A stretch of DNA of 64,000 bases. Origin: Gammaproteobacteria bacterium. Its GTDB lineage: Bacteria; Pseudomonadota; Gammaproteobacteria; Eutrophobiales; Eutrophobiaceae. The position numbers were made by a program, and so were the translations under genes. The stretch covers positions 512,001 through 576,000 of the forward strand of contig CAXMWX010000005.1 of assembly GCA_963422205.2 (NCBI GenBank), given 5' to 3'. Positions 1 to 10,251 of this stretch are shown in pieces. Every line of letters starts with the position of its first letter. Positions within the stretch are counted from its first letter, which is position 1. The notes under the pieces are model-generated. The model did no database searches. It saw only the letters and a list, made by a program, of their open reading frames with translations, and was not told the origin of the DNA.

Positions 1-1741
1 AATCCAGCAGGGGATCGAAATTAACCAGCAGGTAAGCGCTCAATGGCTGTGCCAGCATCTGGTGTGCATCCAGACCATCGATGCTCGCTGGCTTGCCGCC
101 ACACAGCCGGTGCGGTACGGCGCCCGCCTGCCAGGCCCCGACCACATTGGCCGCCTCACCCAGATAACCCAGCCGGACGCCGGTCAGCCCGGCCAGCCGA
201 CCGGCCAGATAGCGCAGCAGCGATAGCTGCGGATGGCTCATGGCCAGATTGCCCAGCAACACCGTACCCTTCTCGCCCCCCTGTTTAACCTTGAGCAAGG
301 CGCTGGCGATGCGCTCATGAGTCTCATCCGGGCGGATGCCAGCAAGCAGCCCACCCGCCCCGGCATCCTGGCCGCTCTGCTGCTCTGCCGCCTTGATAAC
401 ACCGGCCAGGGCGCCGACCATATCAGCCGCGCTCACCTGGGCGTACAATTCATAATTATACGCATCGGCCACCGGGTTGATGGTCATGATCGCCGCCCCT
501 TTTAATGCCGCCTTACGCAGGCGCAGGTTGATCAGCGGTTGATCCTTGCGTACATAACCACCGATGATCAGCACCGCCTCAAGGTCTTCCAGCACCGCCA
601 GACCAGCGCCCGGCTCATCGCCCAAGCCATCACTTAGGCCATCACCCAGGCCGGGCCAGGCGGGGGCGCTGTCCTGATCGGAAAAATCGGCCTGGCGCAG
701 GCGGTGATCAATATTGTTCGTCCCCAGGCCACGCATCAGTTTTTGCAGCAGGTACAGCTCCTCGGTCGTGGAATTGGCCGAAATCAGCGCACCCACCTTG
801 TCAATGCCATCCTGCTCAATGACCGCACCAAGCTGCTCGCCAATATGCACAAACGCCGTATCCCAGGCCACCTGCCGCCATTGCCCGTCGGTCTTTATCA
901 TCGGCGCCGCAAGACGTGCATCACTGTACATCCCTTCATAGCTGAAACGATCCCGATCGGATAACCAGACCTCGTTGATCGCCTCGTTCTCGGCCGGCAC
1001 AATGCGTTTCACGCGCCCGTCCCTGACGTGAAAATACAGATTGGACCCAACCGTATCATGAATGGCGATGCCGGGGTGCTGGCTCATCTCCCAGGCGCGG
1101 GCGGAGAAGCGGAACGGCTTGGCGGTCAAGGCACCGACCGGACACAGATCGATGACGTTGCCGGACAGCTCTGAGGTCATGCTTTTCTCTATGTACGTGC
1201 CAATCTCCATGAACTCGCCGCGGCCAGTCGCCCCCAACTCGCGCAGGCCGGCGATCTCCTCGCCAAAACGCACGCAACGGGTGCAATGGATGCAGCGGGT
1301 CATGTCCGTCTGCACCAGCGGGCCGATGTTTTTATCCTTGACAACGCGCTTGCCTTCCTGGTAGCGGGAGAGGTCGGCGCCGTAGCCCATCGCCAGGTCC
1401 TGCAATTCGCACTCCCCGCCCTGATCGCAGATCGGGCAATCCAGCGGGTGGTTGATCAGCAGAAATTCCATGACGGATTTTTGCGCTTCCAGGGCCAGTG
1501 CAGAACGAGTCTTCACCTTCATGCCGGCCATCACCGGCGTGGCGCAGGCCGGCAACGGCTTGGGCGCCTTCTCCACCTCAACCAGACACATGCGGCAGTT
1601 GGCCGCCACCGTCAGTTTTTTGTGGTAACAAAAGCGTGGTACGTAGTTATCGATGGAGTCAGTGACTTCGATCAACATCTGCCCAGCGCTCGCCTTGACC
1701 TGCTGGCCGTCAATCTCGATGGTGATCTGCTCATCTGCCAT
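1..1741 (-). CDS. nuoG: NADH-quinone oxidoreductase subunit G (partial, runs off the window start)
   Basis: Manual translation from ATG 1741: MADEQITIEIDG...PRFCYHKKLTVAANCRMCLVEVEKAPKPLPACATPV...INHPLDCPICDQGGECELQD...TRCIHCTRCVRF...CPVGALT, the canonical NuoG Fe-S motifs; directly downstream of nuoF. Not in the ORF track because it has no stop in the window. Confidence 0.97.
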   Translation of the reverse strand, partial: MADEQITIEIDGQQVKASAGQMLIEVTDSIDNYVPRFCYHKKLTVAANCRMCLVEVEKAPKPLPACATPVMAGMKVKTRSALALEAQKSVMEFLLINHPLDCPICDQGGECELQDLAMGYGADLSRYQEGKRVVKDKNIGPLVQTDMTRCIHCTRCVRFGEEIAGLRELGATGRGEFMEIGTYIEKSMTSELSGNVIDLCPVGALTAKPFRFSARAWEMSQHPGIAIHDTVGSNLYFHVRDGRVKRIVPAENEAINEVWLSDRDRFSYEGMYSDARLAAPMIKTDGQWRQVAWDTAFVHIGEQLGAVIEQDGIDKVGALISANSTTEELYLLQKLMRGLGTNNIDHRLRQADFSDQDSAPAWPGLGDGLSDGLGDEPGAGLAVLEDLEAVLIIGGYVRKDQPLINLRLRKAALKGAAIMTINPVADAYNYELYAQVSAADMVGALAGVIKAAEQQSGQDAGAGGLLAGIRPDETHERIASALLKVKQGGEKGTVLLGNLAMSHPQLSLLRYLAGRLAGLTGVRLGYLGEAANVVGAWQAGAVPHRLCGGKPASIDGLDAHQMLAQPLSAYLLVNFDPLLD

Positions 1742-1744
1742 ACG

Positions 1745-3058
1745 CTAGGCCGCCTGGCTGTCCACGCCATCGACGATGGAACGGCCCTGATTCTCGATCA
1801 TATACTCAAACTCGTGGCGATAATGTTTTAAGAAACTCTGCACCGGCCAGGCCGCCGCATCGCCCAGGGCGCAAATCGTGCGGCCTTCGATCTTGTTAGC
1901 CACATCCACCAGCTTGTCCAGATCCTCCGCCACGCCTCTGCCGTCAATGATGCGAGTCAACATGCGATACAACCAGCCTGTGCCTTCACGACAAGGGGTG
2001 CATTGACCGCAGGATTCGGAAAAATAAAACCGCGAGATGCGCCGCAGCATGCTGACCATACACGTCGTCTCATCCATCACCACCACAGCACCGGAGCCAA
2101 TCGCCGAGCCGGTGATGTCTTTGACCGAGTCATAATCCATATTCGCTTGCAGCATAAGATCGCCCGGCACCACCTGCACCGAGGAGCCGCCCGGAATGAC
2201 GGCCTTCAACTGCCGGCCCTTCCAAACGCCGCCCGCCAGCACCAGCAAGTCTTTGAACGGCAAGCCCATAGGCACTTCAAAATTACCCGGCCGCTGCACA
2301 TGCCCGCTGACGGAGAAACACTTGACCCCGCCGCTGCCCGCCACACCCAAATCGGCAAACCACTGGGCGCCGTGGCGGATGATCGCCGGTACTGAGCTGA
2401 AGCTCTCGGTGTTGTTGATGGTCGTTGGCCTGCCATACAGGCCATGCTGGGCAGGGAACGGCGGCTTGAAACGGGGCTTGCCGGGCTTGCCTTCCAGGGA
2501 CTCCAGCAAGGCGGTCTCCTCGCCACAAATGTAAGCACCAGCGCCCAGGGTGGCGTACACGTCCACATCCACGCCCGCACCGCGTATGTTTTTGCCGAGC
2601 AGACCCGCCGCATAGGCCTCCTTGAGTGCTGCCTCAAAACGGGCAAACGGCTCGTCCATGAACTCGCCACGGATATAATTATAGCCCACCGTGGCGCCCA
2701 TGGCATAACAGGCAATCGCCATGCCTTCCACCAGCGCATGCGGGTTAAAGCGCAAAATATCGCGGTCTTTGCAGGTGCCCGGCTCGCTCTCATCGGAATT
2801 GCACACCACGTATTTCTGGCCGGGCGCATCGGCGGACATGAAGCTCCATTTCAGCCCGGTGGGGAAACCCGCCCCGCCCCGGCCACGCAGCCCGGACCCC
2901 TTCATCGCCTCGATGATGGCCTTTGGCGGCGTCTTTTGATCGAGGATGTCTCGCCATGCCTCATAACCGCCAGTGCGGTAGTAGTTGGCCAGCGTCCAGG
3001 GCGAATCAAACGTGAGCGTGGCATAGCAGACCGCATTCAAGGCCGCCGATTTGCTCAT
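1745..3058 (-). CDS. nuoF: NADH-quinone oxidoreductase subunit F
   Basis: [63 protein letters not shown] motifs; start 3058 (or 3073). Confidence 0.97.
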   Translation of the reverse strand: MSKSAALNAVCYATLTFDSPWTLANYYRTGGYEAWRDILDQKTPPKAIIEAMKGSGLRGRGGAGFPTGLKWSFMSADAPGQKYVVCNSDESEPGTCKDRDILRFNPHALVEGMAIACYAMGATVGYNYIRGEFMDEPFARFEAALKEAYAAGLLGKNIRGAGVDVDVYATLGAGAYICGEETALLESLEGKPGKPRFKPPFPAQHGLYGRPTTINNTESFSSVPAIIRHGAQWFADLGVAGSGGVKCFSVSGHVQRPGNFEVPMGLPFKDLLVLAGGVWKGRQLKAVIPGGSSVQVVPGDLMLQANMDYDSVKDITGSAIGSGAVVVMDETTCMVSMLRRISRFYFSESCGQCTPCREGTGWLYRMLTRIIDGRGVAEDLDKLVDVANKIEGRTICALGDAAAWPVQSFLKHYRHEFEYMIENQGRSIVDGVDSQAA

Positions 3059-3069
3059 CTCATCGCCCT

Positions 3070-3576
3070 TCATGCAAGGCCATCCAGGATCGCATTGACT
3101 TTCTCCTTATCCAGATTTTCATGGTAGATGTGATCCACCATCATCATGGGCGCACCACAACAGGCGGCCAGGCATTCCTCTTCGGCCTTGAGATAGATAC
3201 GGCCATCGGCGGTGGACTCGCCCGGTTTTACCCGGTAGCGATCTTCAATGTGCTGCACCAGCTCATCCGCCCCGCGCAGCATACAGGAAATGTTGGTACA
3301 TACCGAGACGCTGTGGCGGCCACAGGGCGCCGTCTCCAGCATGGAATAAAAGCTGGCCACTTCATAAACAGCAATACGCGGCATGTCCAGATAATCGGCG
3401 ACCGCATCCATTAATTCAGTCGTGAGATAGCCCTGGTTCTCATGTTGCACCTCACGCAGGGCCGCCAGCACGGCGGATTGTTTTTGATCTGGCGGGTACT
3501 TGGTCAACCAGCGATCAATCTCCTCGCGGACATGGTTGGACAAGGCAGGGGGGATGGTTGTCATCGTAACACTCAC
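3070..3576 (-). CDS. nuoE: NADH-quinone oxidoreductase subunit E
   Basis: [11 protein letters not shown] and [12 protein letters not shown] 2Fe-2S ligands; operon position. Confidence 0.96.
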   Translation of the reverse strand: MSVTMTTIPPALSNHVREEIDRWLTKYPPDQKQSAVLAALREVQHENQGYLTTELMDAVADYLDMPRIAVYEVASFYSMLETAPCGRHSVSVCTNISCMLRGADELVQHIEDRYRVKPGESTADGRIYLKAEEECLAACCGAPMMMVDHIYHENLDKEKVNAILDGLA

Positions 3577-3839
3577 CGGCTCAATATCGTTGAGATACGC
3601 GATACCAGCGCGGGTGCGCTATTATCTACCAGCCAGAATACCGAAAAGGCGAGAAGGCTGGCAAACGCCGTGATGCCAATCACGCCAAAAAAAACCAGCG
3701 TCATGATCCTGATAAGACCATAGATGCGACCTGGCCGCAGCGAGGCCGCCGACAGCGTCATCAGTGCGACAGGCACAGCGGCAACGACCATGATCGCTGC
3801 CAGCATCCCGATGATGTTCGCCGCCATCTCCTCACTCAT
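3573..3839 (-). CDS. Small hypothetical membrane protein (about 88 aa, 2 TM) inserted in the nuo operon
   Basis: Two hydrophobic stretches (IIGMLAAIMVVAAVPVALMTL; IMTLVFFGVIGITAFASLLAFSVFWLV); its TGA overlaps the nuoE GTG (GTGA at 3573-3576). Confidence 0.6.
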   Translation of the reverse strand: MSEEMAANIIGMLAAIMVVAAVPVALMTLSAASLRPGRIYGLIRIMTLVFFGVIGITAFASLLAFSVFWLVDNSAPALVSRISTILSR

Positions 3840-3881
3840 CTGCGGCCATCCTGTGAACACCAGAGCCTCATCACCAGACCT

Positions 3882-5136
3882 TCACCTGTCCACCTCGCCG
3901 AAGACGATATCCTGGGTGCCGATAACGGCAACCACATCGGCCAGCATATGGCCCTTGACCATTTCATTCATGGCGGACAGGTGGGCAAACCCGGGCGCAC
4001 GGATCTTGACTCGGTAGGGCTTGTTCGCCCCATCGGAAATGAGATAAATACCAAACTCGCCCTTGGGATGTTCCACGGCGCAATAGACCTCGCCCTCGGG
4101 GACATAATAGCCTTCGGTGAACAGCTTGAAATGATGTATCAACGATTCCATGTCGCCCTTCATCTCTGCCCGAGGGCGGCGGGGTGAGCTTGCGATCATC
4201 AATCACCACGGCGCCCGGGTTGGCCCTCAGCCACTCCACGCATTGCCGGATGATGCGGTTGGACTGGCGCATCTCCTCCACCCGCACCAGATAACGATCA
4301 TAACAGTCGCCGTTCGCCCCCACCGGAATAGCGAAGTCCAGATCCGCATAAACTTCATAGGGCTGTTTTTTCCGCAGGTCCCATTCAATGCCGGAGCCGC
4401 GCAACATCGGGCCGGTAAAGCCCAGTTGCAGGGCGCGCTCTGGCGAGACCACGCCGATGCCTACGGTGCGCTGCTTCCAGATCCGGTTATCGGTGAGCAG
4501 CGTCTCGTACTCATCCACGCAGCCGGGGAATTTGGCCGTGAATGCGTCGATGAAATCCAGCAGCGAACCTCGGCGGCTCTCATTTAAATCCTCCACCTGC
4601 TGCTCATCATGCCACTTCGATGCCTGGTACTGCGGCATGGTGGCAGGCAAATCCCGATACACCCCGCCGGGGCGGTAGTAGGTGGCGTGCATACGGGTGC
4701 CGGAGACTGCTTCGTAGCAATCCATGAGGTCTTCGCGCTCCCGAAAGCAGTACAGGAACATGGTCATGGCGCCGATGTCCAGCCCATGGGCGCCCAGCCA
4801 CATCAGGTGATTCAGGATGCGCGTGATCTCATCAAACATCACCCGAATGTATTGCGCCCGTGGCGGCGGCGTGATCCCCAGCAGCTTCTCAATAGCCATG
4901 ACATAAGCATGTTCATTGCACATCATCGAGACATAATCCAGCCGATCCATATAGCCGATGCTCTGGTTATAGGGCTTGGACTCCGCCAGCTTTTCCGTAC
5001 CCCGATGCAGCAAACCAATATGGGGATCAGCGCGCTCGATCACCTCGCCATCCATCTCCAGCACCAGCCGCAACACCCCGTGCGCCGCCGGATGTTGCGG
5101 CCCGAAATTCATGGTCATGTTCCTGATCTCAGGCAT
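3882..5136 (-). CDS. nuoD: NADH-quinone oxidoreductase subunit D, split by a one-base frameshift near 4175
   Basis: [15 protein letters not shown]...DRLDYVS in the 5136 frame; the C-terminus [14 protein letters not shown]...[12 protein letters not shown] is in another frame. Removing one base from the run at 4174-4176 restores [17 protein letters not shown]. Confidence 0.95.
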
Positions 5137-5141
5137 GGTGC

Positions 5142-5837
5142 TTACTCATCCAGCGACTCTTCGCCCGCCGCCGGTGCGGTGTAACGGTTGTCATGCCGGA
5201 TCACCTTGGGTACCAGGGTACGATTTTTGATCGTCACCGGCTGGTAGACCACGCGCCTTTGATCCGGGTCGTAACGCACTTCCACACGGCCTTCCAGCGG
5301 AAAGTCCTTGCGAAACGGATGGCCGATAAAGCCGTAATCGGTGAGGATGCGCCGCAGATCGACATGCCCCTCAAACAGAATTCCGAACAAGTCAAACGCC
5401 TCACGCTCATACCAGTCGGCAGCTGACCAGATGGAAGTGACCGAGGCGATTCTCGGCGGCTGCCCGCTCAAAAAACAGCGGATACGCAGGCGGTGGTTGT
5501 GCTTGATCGAGAGCAGGTGATAGACGACTGCCAAGCGATCCGGCATGTCCGTCTCATCGATATACACGCCCTGGCTGACGCCCCGGCTAAAGCCGGTGCT
5601 GGTGGTGTTCTGCGTCTCCCAATCGGCCTTGCCAAAGCGCAGGTAGTCCACCCCGCACAGATCAGATAACTGCTCAAAGCCAAGCGCTGCCTCATCACGC
5701 AGCTTCTGGCACACTTCCAGAATGTTCTCAGCGTCCACCTCCAGCGTCAGTTCATCATGCACACGCAAGGTCTTGTTGATACGCTCGCCCAGAGAAGCCC
5801 GCAAGCTGGCAAGCAGTTCGTCTAATGCCTGTGTCAT
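5142..5837 (-). CDS. nuoC: NADH-quinone oxidoreductase subunit C
   Basis: DLCGVDY and [40 protein letters not shown]. Confidence 0.96.
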   Translation of the reverse strand: MTQALDELLASLRASLGERINKTLRVHDELTLEVDAENILEVCQKLRDEAALGFEQLSDLCGVDYLRFGKADWETQNTTSTGFSRGVSQGVYIDETDMPDRLAVVYHLLSIKHNHRLRIRCFLSGQPPRIASVTSIWSAADWYEREAFDLFGILFEGHVDLRRILTDYGFIGHPFRKDFPLEGRVEVRYDPDQRRVVYQPVTIKNRTLVPKVIRHDNRYTAPAAGEESLDE

Positions 5838-5854
5838 GCCCTGGCTCAGTTGTC

Positions 5855-6340
5855 CTAGCGCGAAATGGTGCGGGTGTTGGTGCGTTTAATTTTCTTTTGC
5901 AGCTGCATGATGCCGAACAGCAGGGCTTCGGCTGTTGGCGGACAACCCGGCACGTAGATATCCACCGGGACGATGCGATCACAACCACGGACAACCGAGT
6001 AAGAATAATGATAATAGCCGCCGCCGTTGGCACAAGAGCCCATGGATATCACCCAGCGTGGCTCCGGCATCTGATCATAGACCTTACGCAGGGCCGGTGC
6101 CATCTTGTTGACCAGCGTACCGGCGACGATCATGACATCAGACTGTCTTGGGCTGGGACGGAAGATCACGCCAAAGCGATCCAGATCATAACGTGAAGCA
6201 CCGGCATGCATCATCTCTACCGCACAGCAGGCGAGGCCGAATGTCATCGGCCACATAGAGCCGGTGCGCGCCCAGTTGACCAGATTATCCACCGTGGTGG
6301 TGACGATGCCCTGTTCATGTATTTGCTCTGCTGCGCCCAT
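5855..6340 (-). CDS. nuoB: NADH-quinone oxidoreductase subunit B
   Basis: [41 protein letters not shown]. Confidence 0.97.
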   Translation of the reverse strand: MGAAEQIHEQGIVTTTVDNLVNWARTGSMWPMTFGLACCAVEMMHAGASRYDLDRFGVIFRPSPRQSDVMIVAGTLVNKMAPALRKVYDQMPEPRWVISMGSCANGGGYYHYSYSVVRGCDRIVPVDIYVPGCPPTAEALLFGIMQLQKKIKRTNTRTISR

Positions 6341-6343
6341 ACG

Positions 6344-6700
6344 CTACTCCCATTCCAGCGCACCTTTGCGCCATTCGTAAATAAACCCCACCACCAACAC
6401 AGCCAGAAACAACATCATCGCCCAGAATCCCACCATGCCAATATCCCGCAAGGCCACCGCCCAGGGAAAGAAGAAGGCGATCTCCAGATCGAAGATGATG
6501 AACAGGATCGCCACCAGATAATAGCGCACATCAAACGGCATACGGGCATCTTCAAAGGCTTCAAAGCCGCATTCGTAGGGGGATTGTTTTTCATCATCAG
6601 GCCGGTTCGGGCCGAGAAAATAGCCGATGGCGAACAGCAGACCACCCAGCAAGAGGCCGACGATGAGGAAGATCAGGATGGGTAGATAGTTCTCCAGCAT
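6344..6700 (-). CDS. nuoA: NADH-quinone oxidoreductase subunit A
   Basis: [35 protein letters not shown]. Confidence 0.97.
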   Translation of the reverse strand: MLENYLPILIFLIVGLLLGGLLFAIGYFLGPNRPDDEKQSPYECGFEAFEDARMPFDVRYYLVAILFIIFDLEIAFFFPWAVALRDIGMVGFWAMMLFLAVLVVGFIYEWRKGALEWE

Positions 6701-6948
6701 GAATATTCAAACCAACCGGGTAACCTGTGTTATCTTGATAAGGATTATACCGCCATCCGCACAGGCTGCCAGCGAAAAAACGGCGAAATGCGGATTTTCT
6801 CCCCAATTTCTGCGGTGGTCATACATGCAGCGCATACACGGGCGCACTGTCGCTACAATCATCACCTGTTGCCTGAATTGTTGCCTGAATAATCGGGCCG
6901 GGCTATGCTTGATTTATTGCTTTAATCCTTAACCTAAGGAGCAGCGAC

Positions 6949-7413
6949 ATGGGCAGGACGATTTATGAAAGGCCAGTAAAAGACCTGGCGCGTGAATGGG
7001 CCACGGCGCACTAGCAACCTGGGCAGACATTTGAAAGATCACTCCTGTTCAGATGGTTCAAAGAGAATCATCAACATGTCAACCAAAATCACCTTAGCGC
7101 AGAACTGGAGACAATGATTACCCATGGTGATAGCAGAAAAAAACATCACCCGCTGCCATACCGGGAAACGGATATGATCTATTTTATAAAATTGGAATCG
7201 GCAGAAGCACCAGATACCGACGGCATGACAAAGAACAGCAGGAGCAAGCCGGTCAGAGGGATAATCATCGCCAGTGATATATCTGAAGATTTGCCGCTTG
7301 CCACCAAACATCTGCCGCATGTTAAGCGGATTGCGTGCGAGTCAGCTTATACGCTGCACACCGTAGGCTGGTTTTTTTTATCTTTCGACTTTGCCGACCT
7401 TAAAAAATCATGA
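6949..7413 (+). pseudogene. Degraded endonuclease NucS-domain-like gene (in-frame TAG at 7012 and apparent internal deletion)
   Basis: TAAGGAG RBS then MGRTIYERPVKDLAREWATAH*QPGQTFERSLLFRWFKENH... in frame with ORF 7114-7413. The end VRGIIIASDISEDLPLATKHLPHVKRIACE resembles, from memory, the C-terminus of NucS-like endonucleases. No PD-(D/E)xK core is visible. Confidence 0.5.
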
Positions 7414-9611
7414 CTGACCGCATCGCAAAACATGACCTGCTGATTGCCAGGCCGCTGTATGAGTTCGTGGGCGATGAGCTAAGCCCCGGCACGGGCGTAT
7501 CGCCGGATGCCTTCTGGCAGGCGCTGTCCTGCATCGTGGCTGAGCTTGGCCCGGAGAATCGCACGCTGCTAAAGCGGCGTGATGCCCTGCAAGCGCAGAT
7601 CGATGCCTGGCACATCAAACACCGGCAGCAAGCGATCAACCCGGCCGAGTATCGCCGCTTCTTGGAGGAGATTGGTTACATCCTGCCTGAAGGCGAGGAT
7701 TTCAAGGTGACTGTCAACAATGCCGATGAGGAGATAACACGTATCGCCGGGCCGCAGCTGGTGGTGCCGGTCGATAACCCGCGCTATGCCCTGAACGCCG
7801 CCAATGCCCGCTGGGGCAGCCTGTATGATGCGCTGTACGGCACCGATGTCATCCCGGAGATCAACGGCTGCAAGCGCACCCGACACTACAACCCGGTGCG
7901 TGGCCGACAGGTCATAGACTATGTACGCCGATTTCTTGACCGGGCCGTGCCGATGGCGGTGGGCAGTCACAGCCATGTGGTCAAATACCAGATCAAATCC
8001 GGCAGGCTGGTCGGGGTGATGGGCGATGGCAGCGAACACGGGCTGGGCAAACGGGAGCGGTTTGTCGGCTATACCGGCGACCCGGCGGCGCCGGATTCCA
8101 TCCTGCTGGAACACAACGCCCTGCATATTGAGATTCATATCGGCGAAGGCTATTACATCGGCCGGGGCGATCTCGCCGGGGTGTATGACATTTCCCTAGA
8201 GTCCGCCGTCAGTGTGATCATGGATTGTGAGGATTCGGTAGCCGCCGTTGACTGTGAGGACAAGGTGCGGGTGTACCGCAACTGGCTGGGCCTGATGCGA
8301 GGCGATCTAAGCCGCCGCGTGGAAAAAAACGGGGAGGTGCTTGAACGCAGGCTCAACCCGGATCGCACCTACCTGGCCCCGGACGGCAGGCCGTTCACCC
8401 TGCCGGGGCGTGCCCTGTTGCTGTTACGTCATGTCGGCCTGCACATGTACACCGATGCCATCACCTGCACCGATGGCCAGCCGGTGCCGGAGGGGTTTGT
8501 TGATGCCATGGTCACCGTGCTGGCGGCGAAACATGATCTGCTTGGCAACGGGCGCTACCGCAACAGCCGTACTGGCTCTGTCTACATCGTCAAGCCCAAG
8601 CTGCACGGCCCGGCAGAGGTGGCGGCGACAGTAGCCCTGTTTGAGCGTGTGGAGGATGCCCTGGGGCTGGAGCGGCTGACCATCAAGATCGGCATCATGG
8701 ACGAGGAACGCCGCACCACTGTCAACCTGAAGGCGTGTATACGCACCGCCGAGAACCGGGTGATCTTCATCAACACGGGCTTTTTGGATCGCACGGGCGA
8801 TGAGATCCACACCAGCATGGAGGCCGGCCCCATGCTCACCAAAGCGGCGCTGAAGACCGCCCCCTGGCTGCTGGCCTATGAGGACTGGAATGTCGATACG
8901 GGCCTGGCCACCGGCCTGCCGCGCCATGCACAGATCGGCAAAGGCATGTGGGCGGAGCCGGATAACATGGCCGCCATGATGGATATCAAAGTAAACCATC
9001 CCCGCGCTGGCGCCACCTCTGCCTGGGTGCCCTCACCAACGGCGGCGACACTGCATGCCATGCACTATCATCGCGTCAACGTCGGTACCCGACAGCGTGA
9101 ATTGTTGTATGCCCGGCGGGCGAATCTTAATGACATCCTCACCCTGCCCCTGCTTGCTCCGCAGAATTTAAGCAGGGCGGTGATCGTCAAGGAATTGGAA
9201 AACAACGCCCAGGGGATCCTCGGCTATGTCGTGCGCTGGATCGAACAGGGCGTGGGGTGTTCCAAGGTGCCCGACATCAACAACACCGCCCTGATGGAAG
9301 ACCGGGCAACCCTGCGTATCTCCAGCCAGCACATCGCCAACTGGCTGCATCATGGCCTGACGAGCGAAGCTGAGGTCACAGAAATCTTCAAAAAGATGGC
9401 GTTTGTTGTTGATCATCAGAATATTGATGATCCGCAGTATGAAAATATGGCGCCCGATTTCGATGCCAGCAGCGCCTTTCAGGCGGCGCTGGCGCTGGTG
9501 TTCACTGGTCGGCAGCAGGCCAACGGCTACACCGAGCCAACGCTGCACGAGCGGCGCCGGGCATACAAGGCGAAGCGGGCGGGCATGACAGATGCTGGCA
9601 CCAGGGCATGA
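7410..9611 (+). CDS. glcB: Malate synthase G
   Basis: 733 aa; [77 protein letters not shown]. Confidence 0.97.
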   Translation: MTDRIAKHDLLIARPLYEFVGDELSPGTGVSPDAFWQALSCIVAELGPENRTLLKRRDALQAQIDAWHIKHRQQAINPAEYRRFLEEIGYILPEGEDFKVTVNNADEEITRIAGPQLVVPVDNPRYALNAANARWGSLYDALYGTDVIPEINGCKRTRHYNPVRGRQVIDYVRRFLDRAVPMAVGSHSHVVKYQIKSGRLVGVMGDGSEHGLGKRERFVGYTGDPAAPDSILLEHNALHIEIHIGEGYYIGRGDLAGVYDISLESAVSVIMDCEDSVAAVDCEDKVRVYRNWLGLMRGDLSRRVEKNGEVLERRLNPDRTYLAPDGRPFTLPGRALLLLRHVGLHMYTDAITCTDGQPVPEGFVDAMVTVLAAKHDLLGNGRYRNSRTGSVYIVKPKLHGPAEVAATVALFERVEDALGLERLTIKIGIMDEERRTTVNLKACIRTAENRVIFINTGFLDRTGDEIHTSMEAGPMLTKAALKTAPWLLAYEDWNVDTGLATGLPRHAQIGKGMWAEPDNMAAMMDIKVNHPRAGATSAWVPSPTAATLHAMHYHRVNVGTRQRELLYARRANLNDILTLPLLAPQNLSRAVIVKELENNAQGILGYVVRWIEQGVGCSKVPDINNTALMEDRATLRISSQHIANWLHHGLTSEAEVTEIFKKMAFVVDHQNIDDPQYENMAPDFDASSAFQAALALVFTGRQQANGYTEPTLHERRRAYKAKRAGMTDAGTRA

Positions 9612-10081
9612 TGCACCACCAGTCATGCTGGTCGCCGCCTGGCCCACCATGAGCAGTCACGTCACTGATTGCAACAGATAGCGGGCAACGGACAGAGGCC
9701 TGGCCAGCAATCACAGCGCCTCATCTTAAAGAGCAGACAAACAACCGTTGCTTGCTCCTCCCCTCACATCGTTGCTAACAAGCCCATCACTCGCTGGCAA
9801 CTGCCCGATGACGCCCTGGATCACGTCATGATTGCCTGGCACAAGCACCCTGCTGCTGCCGGGACTTAGACAACACCCCTGGCCAGCTTGAGGCCGCCAG
9901 CATGTGATCAACTGCCGCCCCCTTCAAGTTACATACATGATCTCCGCTACGCATTGCACCGCCTGATCGGCCTTGCACCTGTGAGATATTTATCCAGGCA
10001 GATCATATCATCTTGAAAGAGTGCACATTGCTGGTAACAGACAGTCCGCATGTACGGATCAATCAACCCGCTTGATCAGTT

Positions 10082-10102
10082 AAATGTTATGTTATAACAT
10101 TT
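10082..10102. promoter_or_regulatory. Zur-box-like inverted repeat AAATGTTAT-gtt-ATAACATTT
   Basis: Perfect 9-3-9 palindrome matching the proteobacterial Zur consensus, about 150 bp upstream of a His-rich TonB receptor. Confidence 0.85.
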
Positions 10103-10251
10103 TATTTATGTGGATGAGGTATCGACAAATAGCCAGCGCCCTGGTGCGGGTCAGGCGGCCCTCACCACGCCCGCTGCATACAATCAACACGTTGTCATTC
10201 ACCGATCACGCCCGAACTTAATTCCCATTATCACTGACAGGAGCAATACGC

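Noticed and set aside
4174-4176. Programmed ribosomal frameshifting in nuoD (and ccoI)
   Set aside because: No slippery heptamer and no precedent I know of; single-base indels in short runs are typical sequencing errors.
6701-6948. tRNA-Leu/secG often found upstream of nuoA
   Set aside because: No tRNA cloverleaf or T-loop signature and no secG ORF visible here.
7012-7014. TAG read-through (pyrrolysine or suppression) in the NucS-like frame
   Set aside because: No pyl genes in the window, and the gene also lacks its catalytic core; simple decay explains it.
9612-10080. Possible NAD-dependent epimerase remnant on the minus strand (MICLDKYLTG-like peptide)
   Set aside because: The match is too short and interrupted by stops to support without a search.
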